This document shows positions 39,772 to 49,624 of a stretch of DNA of 64,000 nucleotides, in pieces; the stretch's first letter is position 1; every line of letters begins with the position of its first letter. The DNA lies in assembly GCA_963777895.1 (NCBI GenBank), contig CAVZSF010000003.1, positions 124,989 to 188,988 on the forward strand. Reading direction: 5' to 3'. Position numbers and translations under genes: made by a program. This DNA is from an uncultured Thermoleophilia bacterium. Lineage in GTDB: Bacteria; Actinomycetota; Thermoleophilia; UBA2241. A model generated the notes under the pieces. That model was not told the origin of the DNA. It searched no databases and worked only from the letters and a program-made list of their open reading frames with translations.

Positions 39772-40677
39772 TCAGGCGGGCGGCTCCGGCACGGCCCCTT
39801 CGCGCTCGCCGTAGAGGACCACGAGGAGGCCGGCGACCACGATGAGGGCGCCGCCGGCGATCGTCCAGCCAGAGATGCTCTGACCCAGCAGGACGAGCGC
39901 GTAAAGCGGCGCCGTCACCGGCTCGAGGTACCCGAGGATGGACGAGTGCTGCACGCGGATCCGGCCGACGCCCTCGGTCCACATCGTGTAAGCAATGGCG
40001 GTGCACACCACGCCGAGCAGCAGCCCCGACACGAGGTCGGTCCTCGTGAGCTGGTACCCGGCGCCGACCGTCTGCCAGAGGGCGAGCGGAAGCAGGATGA
40101 CCGCGTTCAGGCCGCACTCCGCCATGACGATGCCGACGCTCGACACGCGCGTCGTCAGATCCTTGACCGTGAGCTGGAAACCGGCGTAGCCGACGCCGGC
40201 GCCAAGACCGGCCGCGACGCCCCACCACGACAGCCTGATGGTCTCGCCCAGCAGCGACGGCGCGAGGATCACAACGAGGCCGCCCAGCGCCAGGCCCAGG
40301 GCCGGGTACACGATGCGGTCGGTCGGCGTCCCGAAGATGCGCGGGGCGGCGAGGGCGACCCAGACCGGCGCCATGAACTGAAGGAACATGCCGATGGCGA
40401 CGTTCGTCTCGCGCATCGCGATGAAGAAGAGCAGCAGCGAGAACGCGTCGATGAAGCCCATGAGGAGGAGGCGCGGCCAGACGGCGCGGTCGCGGGCGCC
40501 GGCCAGCGGCCGGCGCCGCGCGAAGACCGCGCCGAGCACGAGTCCCGCCGTCACGAAGCGAACGACGAGCAGGGCGCTCTCCGGCGCAGAGGCCCAAGCG
40601 ACCAGCGTGCCGATGAGGCCCATGATCACGAACGAGGAGGCGACCAGAGCGTAGCCCTGGGTGGAGCGGCTCCTCAT
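39772..40677 (-). CDS. EamA/DMT transporter paralog 1 of a four-gene tandem array
   Basis: 301 aa, 10 TM segments. Shared motifs with the other paralogs (…GMFLQFMAPVWVAL…, …VQHSSILGYLEPVTAPLYALVLLGQ…). Confidence 0.7.
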   Translation of the reverse strand: MRSRSTQGYALVASSFVIMGLIGTLVAWASAPESALLVVRFVTAGLVLGAVFARRRPLAGARDRAVWPRLLLMGFIDAFSLLLFFIAMRETNVAIGMFLQFMAPVWVALAAPRIFGTPTDRIVYPALGLALGGLVVILAPSLLGETIRLSWWGVAAGLGAGVGYAGFQLTVKDLTTRVSSVGIVMAECGLNAVILLPLALWQTVGAGYQLTRTDLVSGLLLGVVCTAIAYTMWTEGVGRIRVQHSSILGYLEPVTAPLYALVLLGQSISGWTIAGGALIVVAGLLVVLYGEREGAVPEPPA

Positions 40678-41675
40678 GAGTCGCCATCCGGCCGCACGGA
40701 GACTGGCACGGGCTCTTCGCCGGCGAGGCCGGCGAGCGACGCCGCGCTATCGTGACCGGGCTCGGCGATCGCCTCCGGTGCGCCGAAGACCACGACGAGG
40801 ACGCCGGCGACGACGATCAGGGCTCCGCCCGCGATCGTCGCCGGCGACGGCCGCTCGCCCAGCAGCAGCAGGGCGTAGAGCGGCGCGCTCACCGGCTCGA
40901 CAAAGCCCAGGATCGAGGCGTGCTCGACGCGGATGCGCCGCAGGCCCTCCGGGTAGAGCACGTAGGGGATCGCCGTGCAGAACACGCCGAGCGCGAGGCC
41001 GGCCACAATGTCGTCGCGTGTGAACTGGTAGCCGCTGCCGAACACCTGCCACGCGGCAAGCGGCAGCAGGATGAGCGCGTCGAGCGCCATCTCCGCGAGG
41101 CCGATCGTGGAGCTGCGCGCCTTCCGCGTCAGCCGCTTCGTGGTCAGCGCGTAGGCGGCGTAGAGAAGGCCGGTGGTCACTCCGCAAGCCACACCGAGCA
41201 GGGAGAGTTGCTCCGCGCCGACCAGGCCCGGCACGAGGATCACGGCCATGCCCCCCAAGGCGATCGCCAGCGCCGGGTAGACGATGCGGTCGGGGCGTTC
41301 CCCCATCAACCGCGGCGCGAGCAGCGCGACGTAGACCGGGCCCGTGAACAGCAGGAACATCCCGACGGCGACATCGGTGAGGCGCAGGGCCAGGAAGAAC
41401 AGCAGCAGCGTGCCGGCGCTGAAGAGGCCCATGAGCAGCAGGCCGGGGGCGACACCGGGACGACGCACGTCGTCGAGCGTCGCCCGCCGCGCGAAGATGG
41501 CCCCTACGAGCGCCGTGCCGATGACCATGCGGAACACGATGAGGGCGCTCTCGGGCATCGTGGCGATGCGCACCAAGGCCCCGATCGCACCCCAGATCAG
41601 GAAGCTGATGGAGACGAGCAGATAGCCGCTGAGGTCTCGCGAGGCCGTGGTCGATCCGCCTCCGCGGGAGCTCAT
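40674..41675 (-). CDS. EamA/DMT transporter paralog 2
   Basis: Start at MSSRGGGSTTASRDLSGYLLV…. The stop overlaps the start of paralog 1. The upper part of the ORF-track 571-aa ORF is read-through noise. Confidence 0.7.
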   Translation of the reverse strand: MSSRGGGSTTASRDLSGYLLVSISFLIWGAIGALVRIATMPESALIVFRMVIGTALVGAIFARRATLDDVRRPGVAPGLLLMGLFSAGTLLLFFLALRLTDVAVGMFLLFTGPVYVALLAPRLMGERPDRIVYPALAIALGGMAVILVPGLVGAEQLSLLGVACGVTTGLLYAAYALTTKRLTRKARSSTIGLAEMALDALILLPLAAWQVFGSGYQFTRDDIVAGLALGVFCTAIPYVLYPEGLRRIRVEHASILGFVEPVSAPLYALLLLGERPSPATIAGGALIVVAGVLVVVFGAPEAIAEPGHDSAASLAGLAGEEPVPVSVRPDGDS

Positions 41676-42557
41676 CCGTACACCTCCTCCTCCGCCTTGC
41701 CCAGCGCCACGACGAGGACGCCGGCGGCGACGATGAGGGCGCCGCCGGCAAGGGTCCAGCCCGAGGGCCGCTGGCCGAGCAGGACGAAGGCGTACAAAGG
41801 CGCGCTCACCGGTTCGATGTAGCCCATGATGGAGGCGTGCTGCACCTTGATGTAGTGCAGGCCGTCGATGAACAGGCTGAAGCTGAGGGCCGTCGTCACC
41901 ACGCCGAGCAGGGCGGCCATGAAGACGTTGAGGACGGTGAAGTCCGCAGCCGTGCTCTCGGCGAGGCCCCAGGGCAGCAGGACGATGGCGGTGATGGCCG
42001 CGATGACGAAGACGATGCCCGTGCCCTCGAGGCCACGCTGACGCAAATCCTTGCTGAGCATCAGGTAGCCGGCGTAGAAGACGCCGGCGGCGATGCCGGC
42101 GGCGAGGCCGCCGGCATCCAGCCCGGCGCCGCTCAGCCCCGGCACGAGGATGATCGCCATCCCGGCCAGGGCGAGTGCCAGCGCAACGACCACGACGCGC
42201 TCCGTCTTGTCGCCCGACAGCCGCGGAGCGATCACGGCGACGTAGACGGGCGCGAGGTACGACGTGAAGATCGCGATGGCCACGCCCGTCTCGCGGATGG
42301 CGATGAAGTAGCACGTCAGGTTGGCGGCGAGCACGAGCCCGAGCAGACCGAGGCGTAAGGCGGTGGCGCGGTCTCGAGGCCTCGGCCACCGGTGGCGCGG
42401 GCCGAGCACCAGGGCGAGGGCTCCCGTCGCGAACGCCATGCGCAGCGAGACGAGCATGACCACGGGCATGGTCGCATAGCTCACGATCGTCCCGATGGAC
42501 CCGTTGATCAGCGCCGCGGCGAAGGTCCCGCCGTAGCCGCGCAGACGGTCGCTCATG
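41672..42557 (-). CDS. EamA/DMT transporter paralog 3
   Basis: Start at MSDRLRGYGG…. ATGA overlap with the paralog 2 start. Confidence 0.7.
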
Positions 42558-43458
42558 CCGGCAGCTCGTCGTCGGCCTTGCCGAGGGCGACGACGCTCAT
42601 GCCGGCGAACAGGATCAAGGCGCCGCCGGCGAGCGTTGCGAGCGACGGGCGCTCCGCCACCAGCAGGAACGCCCAGAGCGGCGCCGTGACTGGTTCGAGG
42701 TAGCCGAGGATCCCGGTGTGCTCGACACGCACGAAGCGCATCCCATCGATGAAGAGGCTGAAGCAGAGCGCCGTGTAGACGAGTCCGAACACCACGACGA
42801 TCCAGGCGTCCTGAGCCGTGAGGTGGTAGCCGGTCCGGGCCGTCTGTGCGACGGCGAGCGGCGTTATGAGCACGACGACCGCAAGGCAGTGGAAGAGCGT
42901 GATCGTGTCGCCGTGCAGGCTCCGGTCCAGGGTCTTCACAAGCATCAGGGCGGTGGCGTACAGGCCGCCGGCGACGATGCCGCAGAGGATACCGGGCAGC
43001 ACGCTCTCGGCCCCGCTCAACGACAGCGACGGGATCACGATGAGGGCCATGCCGGCCGCCGCGACCGCGACCGCAGCCATGTCGGTCCATTCACGCCGCG
43101 TATGCAGGAGCCACGGTGCGACCAGCGCGATGTAGACCGGCGCCATGTACTCGAGCGAGATGCCGATGGCGACGTTCGCGAGACGGATGGCGCCGAAGTA
43201 GAAGAGCAGCTCGCCGGCCACTACGACGCCGATGAGGACGAGGCGCCGCAGCTGGCCCGAGAGACGGATCTCGGCGAAGCCGCCGCGCGCGGCGAGGAAG
43301 GCGGCCAGGACGATGCCGGCCAGCCCCATGCGGACCACGAGCAGCAGGGTGGCCGGCATCGTCGAGAGCTGCAGGAGCGCTCCCGAGGTACCCAGGATGA
43401 GGGAGGCGCCTCCGATCTCGGCGTAGCCCCGCCAGCGCGTCTGCGTCCACGCCGCCAC
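42553..43458 (-). CDS. EamA/DMT transporter paralog 4
   Basis: GTG start (VAAWTQTRWRGYAEIGGASLILG…). ATGA overlap with the paralog 3 start. Immediately downstream of the RACE-like gene. Confidence 0.65.
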   Translation of the reverse strand: MAAWTQTRWRGYAEIGGASLILGTSGALLQLSTMPATLLLVVRMGLAGIVLAAFLAARGGFAEIRLSGQLRRLVLIGVVVAGELLFYFGAIRLANVAIGISLEYMAPVYIALVAPWLLHTRREWTDMAAVAVAAAGMALIVIPSLSLSGAESVLPGILCGIVAGGLYATALMLVKTLDRSLHGDTITLFHCLAVVVLITPLAVAQTARTGYHLTAQDAWIVVVFGLVYTALCFSLFIDGMRFVRVEHTGILGYLEPVTAPLWAFLLVAERPSLATLAGGALILFAGMSVVALGKADDELPA

Positions 43459-43475
43459 AGACCCGCCCCGCGCCC

Positions 43476-45261
43476 TCAGGCCTGCGTCGCGAACCCGAGC
43501 CGGGCGGCGAACTGCGCCTGGAAGTCCTTGTTCGTGGCGAGCTCGAGGAAGGAGATGCGGCGGCGCAGGCGCGCCATGCGACGGCGCGCGAGCACGTCGA
43601 TGAGGGCCATCTGGGCGCCCACCCCGGCGGCGTTGCCCACGAACAGGACGCGGTCCGTGGGCACCGGCGGCAGCAGGTCTATGTACAGCGAGTTGCCCAG
43701 GTCGAGGTAGTTGCCGAAGGCGCCGGCGACGTACACCCGATGCAGGTCGGCCACGCTCACCCCCAGGCTCTCGAGCAGCAGGGTCCAGCCTGTCGCGATC
43801 GCGCCTTTGGCCAACTGCAGGTTGCGCACGTCGTGCTGCGTGAAGACGATCTCGCCGTTGGGACCGCTGGTCAGCAGGTACTCGGACGATCCCGACTCGC
43901 CCTTGCGGACCAGCGGGTGCGACAGCATGCGTCCGCTGCGGTCCACGACGCCGCTGCGCACCAGACCGGCGAGCAGGTCGACCACGCCCGAGCCGCACAT
44001 GCCGAGCGGGGCGCCGTTCCCGATGGTCTGGATGCTCGCGGGGTGGCCGGCGGCATCGATCGTGACCTTCTCGATCGCGCCGGCGACCGCCTTCATGCCG
44101 TGGGTGATCTGGTAGCCCTCGAAGGCGGGGCCCGAGGCGCAGCTCGTCACGGTGACCTCGCCGTCGTGCACGAGGGCGATCTCGGTGTTGGTGCCGATGT
44201 CGATGGCGAGCGACGGGCGGCGGCGCGTCGCGAGCCGCGTCGCGGCGATCACGGCGAGCGCGTCCGAGCCGACGAACCCGGCGATCGGCGGCGGGAAGTA
44301 GACGCCGCCCTCGGGGTTCATGTCGATGCCGAGGTCGGCGCCGCGCACGAGCACCGGCTCGGCTGCAGCCGGCGCGTAGGGCGCGGCGCCGAGCCCCTGG
44401 GCCGGCAGGCCCAGGACCAGATGATGCATCGCCGTGTTGCCGACGACCGTCATGTCGTAGAGGTGCTTCGCCGCGATGCCCTGACGCTGATACAGGGCGG
44501 CCAGGCACTCGTTGACGCCCGACCTGGCCGCCTCCGCCAGCTCCGCGCGGTGCTCGCCCGACTGCGCGATGCGGCTCACGACGTCCTCGCCGTAGCGCAT
44601 CTGGGGGTTCTCCACGGCCTCGGAGTCGACGTGCTCGCCGCGTTCCAGGTCGAACAGGTACGTCACGATCTTCGAGGTGCCGATGTCGACCGCGGCGCCG
44701 TGGGCGACGCCCGCCGCCTCCGGCGCCTCGACATCGATCAGGCGCCGCCCGTACCGCGTGAACGTCGCGCGCCAGCCGTTGCCGCGGAGCACGTCCGGCG
44801 CCTCCCGCAGTGCCTGGTACGGGACCTCGACCCCGTGCAGCACGGCCTGCACGCGCTCGAGGTCGCTGCGGGCGTCGCCGATCACGGGCGGGTCGAGCTG
44901 CTCGGTCACGCGCGTCACCGCCGGATGGGCGGCGCCGTGCCGCAGCCGGCTCGTGGTCAGGATGCGCCTGCGTGCCGCTGGTCTCGCGCACCTCGATGCT
45001 GACACGGGAGGACACCGGCCGCGCCTGACAGGCGAGCCGCCAGCCCGTGGCGCGCAGCTTCTCCGGGACCTTGCGGATCTCGACCTCGGTCGGCTCCGTG
45101 AGCTCGCCGGCCCCGAGGCGCACGAGGCACTTGCCGCACGTGCCCCGTCCGGCGCACACGTTGGGGACGTCGATACCGACCCGCAGGAGGGCGTCCAGCA
45201 AGGTCTCGTCCTGGCCGACCTCGAGGGTCACGCCGATGGGCTCGACGAAGACTTTGGTCAC
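43476..45261 (-). CDS. Corrinoid reductive activase (RamA/RACE family: N-terminal 2Fe-2S ferredoxin domain plus ASKHA ATPase domain), with an apparent frameshift near 44900-45005
   Basis: N-terminal plant-type ferredoxin (MTKVFVEPIGVTLEVGQDETLLDALLRVGIDVPNVCAGRGTCGKCLV…) in one frame. The ASKHA/DUF4445 body (…AAVDIGTSKIV…, …AIDIGTNTEIALV…, …CGSGVVDLLAGL…) is in the adjacent frame (ORF 43476..45005). Confidence 0.7.
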
Positions 45262-45283
45262 GGCTCAGTCCTTGTCAGGTCCG

Positions 45284-45318
45284 CCGGCGGCGGGCGACCA
45301 GGGGTCGCCCGCCGCCGG
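45284..45318 (-). terminator. Perfect 16-bp GC hairpin between the KamA stop and the RACE start
   Basis: CCGGCGGCGGGCGACC-AGG-GGTCGCCCGCCGCCGG. Confidence 0.45.
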
Positions 45319-45391
45319 CGCGGCGCGGCCGCCGTCAGGCAGTCGCGCCGGGTCTTCATGCCGCCAGGCGATCGCGCCGGGCGTCACACCG

Positions 45392-46690
45392 TCAGTGCGG
45401 CACGTGGAACGGCTCGGTGTGGATGTCCGCCATGAGCGCCTTGCGGTCGGCCACCTTCTGCCAGCGGGCCGCCCACACGTCGCCCAGCACCACGTCCTTG
45501 CTGTCGAAGATGCCCGCGACACCCTTGCGGGGCCCCTTCTCGCATTCCTCGCAGTGACACTCGAAGTGGTAGTCGTCCGGCTCGGTGTACTTGCTGATGA
45601 CGCCCTCGTAGTTGCGCAGGATGATCTCCTTGTCGCCCATGGAGATCAGGTACTGCGGGATCACCGGCGTCTTCCCGCCACCGCCGATGGCGTCGATGAT
45701 GTACATCGGCACGGCGAAGCCGGTGGTGTGGCCGCGGAGGCTCTCGTAGATCTCGATGCCCTTGGCCACCGACGTGCGGAAGTGACCCGTCCCGTTGGCC
45801 AGGTCGCACTGGTAGTAGTAGTAGGGCTTCACGCGGATCTTCACGAGCCCCTGCACCAGCTTCTTCATGACCTTGGCGCAGTCGTTGATGCCGTTCATCA
45901 GCACGCTCTGGTTGCCCAGGTTGATGCCGGCGTCGGCGAGCATGGCGCAGGCGGCGGCGGACTCGGGCGTGATCTCGTTCGGGTGGTTGAAGTGCGTGTT
46001 GAAGTACAGCGGGTGGTACTTCTTGAGCATCTCGCAGAGCTCGGGCGTGATGCGCTGCGGGCACACCACCGGCATCCTCGAGCCGAGGCGCACGATCTCG
46101 ACGTGATCGATGGCCCGCACGCGCTGCAGGATCCACTCGAGCTTGTCGTCGGAGAGCGTCAGGGGGTCGCCGCCCGAGATCAGCACGTCGCGGACTTCCT
46201 TGTTACGCTCGATGTACGTGAAGGCGGCCTCGTAGTCCTCGTTCGACGCGGCGCCTTCGGACTCGCCCACGATGCGGCGCCGCGTGCAGTGGCGGCAGTA
46301 CATGGAGCACATCTCGGTCACGAGGAAGAGCACGCGATCCGGGTAGCGGTGCGTGATGAGCGGCGTGGGGGAGTCGATCGTCTCGGCGATCGCATCCTCC
46401 ATGTCGGCCTCGCCGACGATCAGCTCCGCCGTCGTCGGCACGGCCTGCCAGCGCACGGGGTCGTTCTTGTCGTCGGGGTCGATGAGCGAGCAGTAGTAGG
46501 GCGTTGCCGCGACGCGGAACTTGCCCATGCATGCCTGCAGGTCCTTGCGGTCCTGATCGTCCAGATGGAGGACCTGCTCGAAGTCCTCGACCGTGCTGAG
46601 ACGGTGCCGGACCTGCCAGCGCCAGTCGTTCCACTGCTCGTCGGTCACGTCTTTGAAGAGCGGTATGTCGCGGAAGTGTCGAGCCATCAA
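45392..46690 (-). CDS. kamA: Lysine 2,3-aminomutase (radical SAM, KamA family)
   Basis: 432 aa. CSMYCRHCTRRR radical-SAM cluster motif plus KamA-specific flanks (…RYPDRVLFLVTEMC…, …GGDPLTLSD…, …PYYYYQCD…). Strong AAGGAG RBS. Confidence 0.9.
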   Translation of the reverse strand: MMARHFRDIPLFKDVTDEQWNDWRWQVRHRLSTVEDFEQVLHLDDQDRKDLQACMGKFRVAATPYYCSLIDPDDKNDPVRWQAVPTTAELIVGEADMEDAIAETIDSPTPLITHRYPDRVLFLVTEMCSMYCRHCTRRRIVGESEGAASNEDYEAAFTYIERNKEVRDVLISGGDPLTLSDDKLEWILQRVRAIDHVEIVRLGSRMPVVCPQRITPELCEMLKKYHPLYFNTHFNHPNEITPESAAACAMLADAGINLGNQSVLMNGINDCAKVMKKLVQGLVKIRVKPYYYYQCDLANGTGHFRTSVAKGIEIYESLRGHTTGFAVPMYIIDAIGGGGKTPVIPQYLISMGDKEIILRNYEGVISKYTEPDDYHFECHCEECEKGPRKGVAGIFDSKDVVLGDVWAARWQKVADRKALMADIHTEPFHVPH

Positions 46691-46804
46691 CCTTCATCTC
46701 CTTCGTGGGGGCCCCCAGGCGCCCCATGGTCTACGGTCTCATGAGACGGGACGACGCCCGCCGGCGCAGCCGGGCGGGCGCGCATTCAGCGCTGCATCAG
46801 CTTA

Positions 46805-48263
46805 TTACAGACCGGCGGTCGCGATGATCCGCTGCAGGATGGCCGCACGCTCGTCGTCGAGCGGTTCCACCTCGTGCTTCGCGAGCAGCTCGGCGGCGAG
46901 GCCGGCCGCGTTGTCGGCCGCGTCGCGGCGGCCGCCCGCGACCCACGCCTCCCAGGGGGAGCGGTCAAGCAGGCGGGGGCGCCACACGTCCTTCATGTGC
47001 TGCCGCGTGTGGCGCTGTCCGAGGAAGTTCCCACAGATGTCGACCTGCTTGATGGCCTCGAGGGCCAGGGTCTCGTCGTCCACGGTGATGCCCTGCGCGA
47101 TCGTCGCCGACCAGGAGAAGAGCTCCGTGTCGGCCACGAGTTGAGCCTGCGAGTAGACGCGGCCGCCGGCAAGCGCGCCCGCGCCGCAGGCAAGGGGCAC
47201 GCCGGCAAGGGCGGCCGTGAGCGCGGCGAACGAGCCGTCGGTGGAGGCCTCCCAGTCGACGGTCTCGGCGTCGGTGCGCAGCACGTCCGCGACGGCCGGC
47301 AGCCCGGCGCGGGCGGCGAGCTGCGCGGCGGCCAGCGTGAAGAGCTGGGCGGCCGCGCCGGTCGCCGCGACGCCGGCGAGCGCCGGCCGCACGGGCACGA
47401 AGAACGCGGCTCCCGGCGCGAGCGCCTGCAGGGCGGCGTTGGCAGCCAGGGCGCGCGCGAAAAAGGACACGATGGCGGCGGTCAGGTCTGGGCCGCCGGT
47501 GACGCCGAAGGCCGGGCATGCCTGCGGAGCGGGCGCGGCCGGTACGCCGACCGGCAGGCCGGCCGCCGCGAACACGCCCGCGGCGGCGAAGGCGCCCGGT
47601 CCGGCGAACAGGGAGAGTGGCGGCCTCGCGCGCCGCTCGTCCGTCGGCGTCCCGAAGAGCCGTGGCCATGGCCACGGCGGCCTCCGCCTCCTCGACCGCG
47701 GCCGGCGTCGTGAGCAGGACATGCTTCGTCGTGGAGCCCACGGCGATCTCGATCTCGGTCAGCAGCCGCAGGCCGCGCTCGACGTCGAGCGCGCGCAACG
47801 GCGGCCCGGCGACGACGGCGACCTCGGGGAGAGCGTCGGCGAGCCGCACGGCCGCTTCGAGCTGCCCCGCGGTCGCCCGGACCGGCTGGTCCGCACCGGC
47901 GGGGAGCGCCTCCGGCGCCGGCTCGCCGCCGGCGGCCAGCAGACACGCACCGGCCGCGAGGACGACGTCCTGGGCCGCCGCGCGGGCACCCAGCAGGAAC
48001 TCCTTGGGCGCCCGCGCGGCGGCCTCTTCGGCCAGCCCACGCGGCACGGCCAGGGCGCCGGTGTCGGTGACGCGTGCGCCTGCGCCGGCCAGCGCCTCAC
48101 GCGCGCGCACGTCCGGAACGGTCACGCCCTCGGTCTCGAGCAGTGTCAGCGCGGCATCGTAGAGAAGCTCCGCGTCTTCTTGCGCGAGCACGCGCAGGGC
48201 GACGTCCGTCCGCCACGTCAGTGGGGGTCGGGGTGTGTCGATGGTGGGGGTTGTCCCGGTCAC
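46805..48263 (-). CDS. Divergent Ala-rich MttB-superfamily methyltransferase homolog, with an apparent frameshift near 47600-47720
   Basis: The N-terminal part (GGAGG-N8-GTG at 48263; …ALRVLAQEDAELLYDAALTLLETEGVTV…) is in the frame of ORF 46965..48311. The C-terminal part (…ETLALEAIKQVDICGNFLGQRHTRQHMKDVWRPRLLDRSPWEAWV…PLDDERAAILQRI…) is in ORF 46805..47722. Confidence 0.6.
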
Positions 48264-48438
48264 GTCGTCACTGCCTCCGAGGGACGAGAGGCGGCAGGCC
48301 GCCGCGGCCACTCTACATCACCCTCGCTGGCCCCGCAGCCGGACCCCGGTCGCCCCGCCGGCCCACCGCGTCGTACAGTAGCCGCACAGGGCGGCAGGCC
48401 GTCCGCCGGGGAACGAGCGCGAGGAGGATCGCCCCGCC

Positions 48439-49560
48439 ATGAGGATCGAAGTCGACTGCGAACGTATCCGCGCCAACGCCGAAGCGGTGACGAAGCTCTG
48501 TGCACGACACGGCATCGAGGTCGCCGGCGTCACGAAGTGCTGCTGCGGCGAACCCGAGATCGGCCAAGCCATGCTCGCCGGCGGCTGCACGATGCTCGCG
48601 GATTCGCGCCTCGACAACGTCGCGCGCCTGCGCGCGGCCGGCATCGAGGCGCCCATCCTCCTGCTGCGCCTGCCGGCGATCAGCGAAGCCGCCCAGGTGG
48701 TCGAGCTCTGCGACATGAGCCTGAACAGCGAGGTCGACACGGTGAGGGCCCTGTCGGCCGCCGCCGTCGCGCGGGGCGTGGTCCACCAGGTCCTGTTCAT
48801 GGTCGACACCGGCGACCGCCGCGAGGGCGTCATGCCGGAGGAGGCCGGCGCAGCCTGCCGGCAGATCATGGATCTGCCGGGCATCGACCTCGCCGGCCTC
48901 GGCACCAGCCTCAACTGCCTCTGCGGCGTCATGCCGACCCCTGAGAACCAGCAGGAGTTCGCCGACATCGTCGAGCGGGTCGAAGCCGAGTTGGGCGTGA
49001 CCTTCCGTCTCGTGTCGGGCGGTCACACCGCCAACCTCCACCTCGTGCAGTCCGGCCAGGTGCCGGCGCGCTTCAACCACTTCCGCGTCGGCGAAGGCAT
49101 CCTCACCGGCACCGATTTCTCGACATGGGCTGAGCTGCCTATGCCGTACACCGACGCCTTCAAGGTCTACGCCGAGGTGATCGAGCTCAAGGACAAGCCC
49201 TCGGCGCCGGACGGCACCTGCGGCCCCGACGCCTTCATGGAGGTCCATGAGTGGCCCGACCTCGGCATCCGGCGTCGCGCCATCGTCGCGCTCGGCGAGA
49301 TCGACCTGCGCACCTCGAGCCTCAGGCCCATGCGCCCCGGGGTCACGGTGGTAGGAGCCTCCTCCGATCACCTCGTGCTCGACGTGACCGAGGCCGATCC
49401 CCCGGTCACACTGGGCGAGGAGCTCGGCTTCGACACGGTCTACCCGGCGGTCTCGACCTGCTGGTCCGGGTCGTGCTCGATGAAGGTGGTGCATCCCCTC
49501 ACGGCAGCGGCAGTCGTAAGAGCGGGCCGCTCCGATCTCTGCATAAGGTCGCAGCAGAGT
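48439..49560 (+). CDS. Alanine-racemase-fold PLP protein (putative amino-acid racemase, YhfX/ornithine-racemase-like). 3' end uncertain.
   Basis: GAGGAGG RBS. The N-terminal region (…GIEVAGVTKCCCGEPEIGQAMLAGGCTMLADSRL…) and overall layout resemble YhfX-like racemases. The listed frame has no stop before it overlaps the convergent MttB gene, so a frameshift or uncertain end lies near 49500-49560. Confidence 0.55.
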
Positions 49561-49562
49561 GT

Positions 49563-49599
49563 GACGGGGCGGGCGGCACCTGGTGCCGCCCGCCCCGTC
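49563..49599. terminator. 18-bp GC hairpin between convergent genes (bidirectional terminator)
   Basis: GACGGGGCGGGCGGCACC-T-GGTGCCGCCCGCCCCGTC. Confidence 0.5.
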
Positions 49600-49624
49600 T
49601 CGAGCATTCCGTCCTGCGCCACTG

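Noticed and set aside
45392-46690. KamA as the pyrrolysine biosynthesis radical-SAM enzyme PylB
   Set aside because: The protein has the KamA-specific CxxxCxxC context and length (432 aa, PLP/zinc-binding C-terminal region), not the biotin-synthase-like PylB fold. No PylC (ATP-grasp) or PylD is adjacent.
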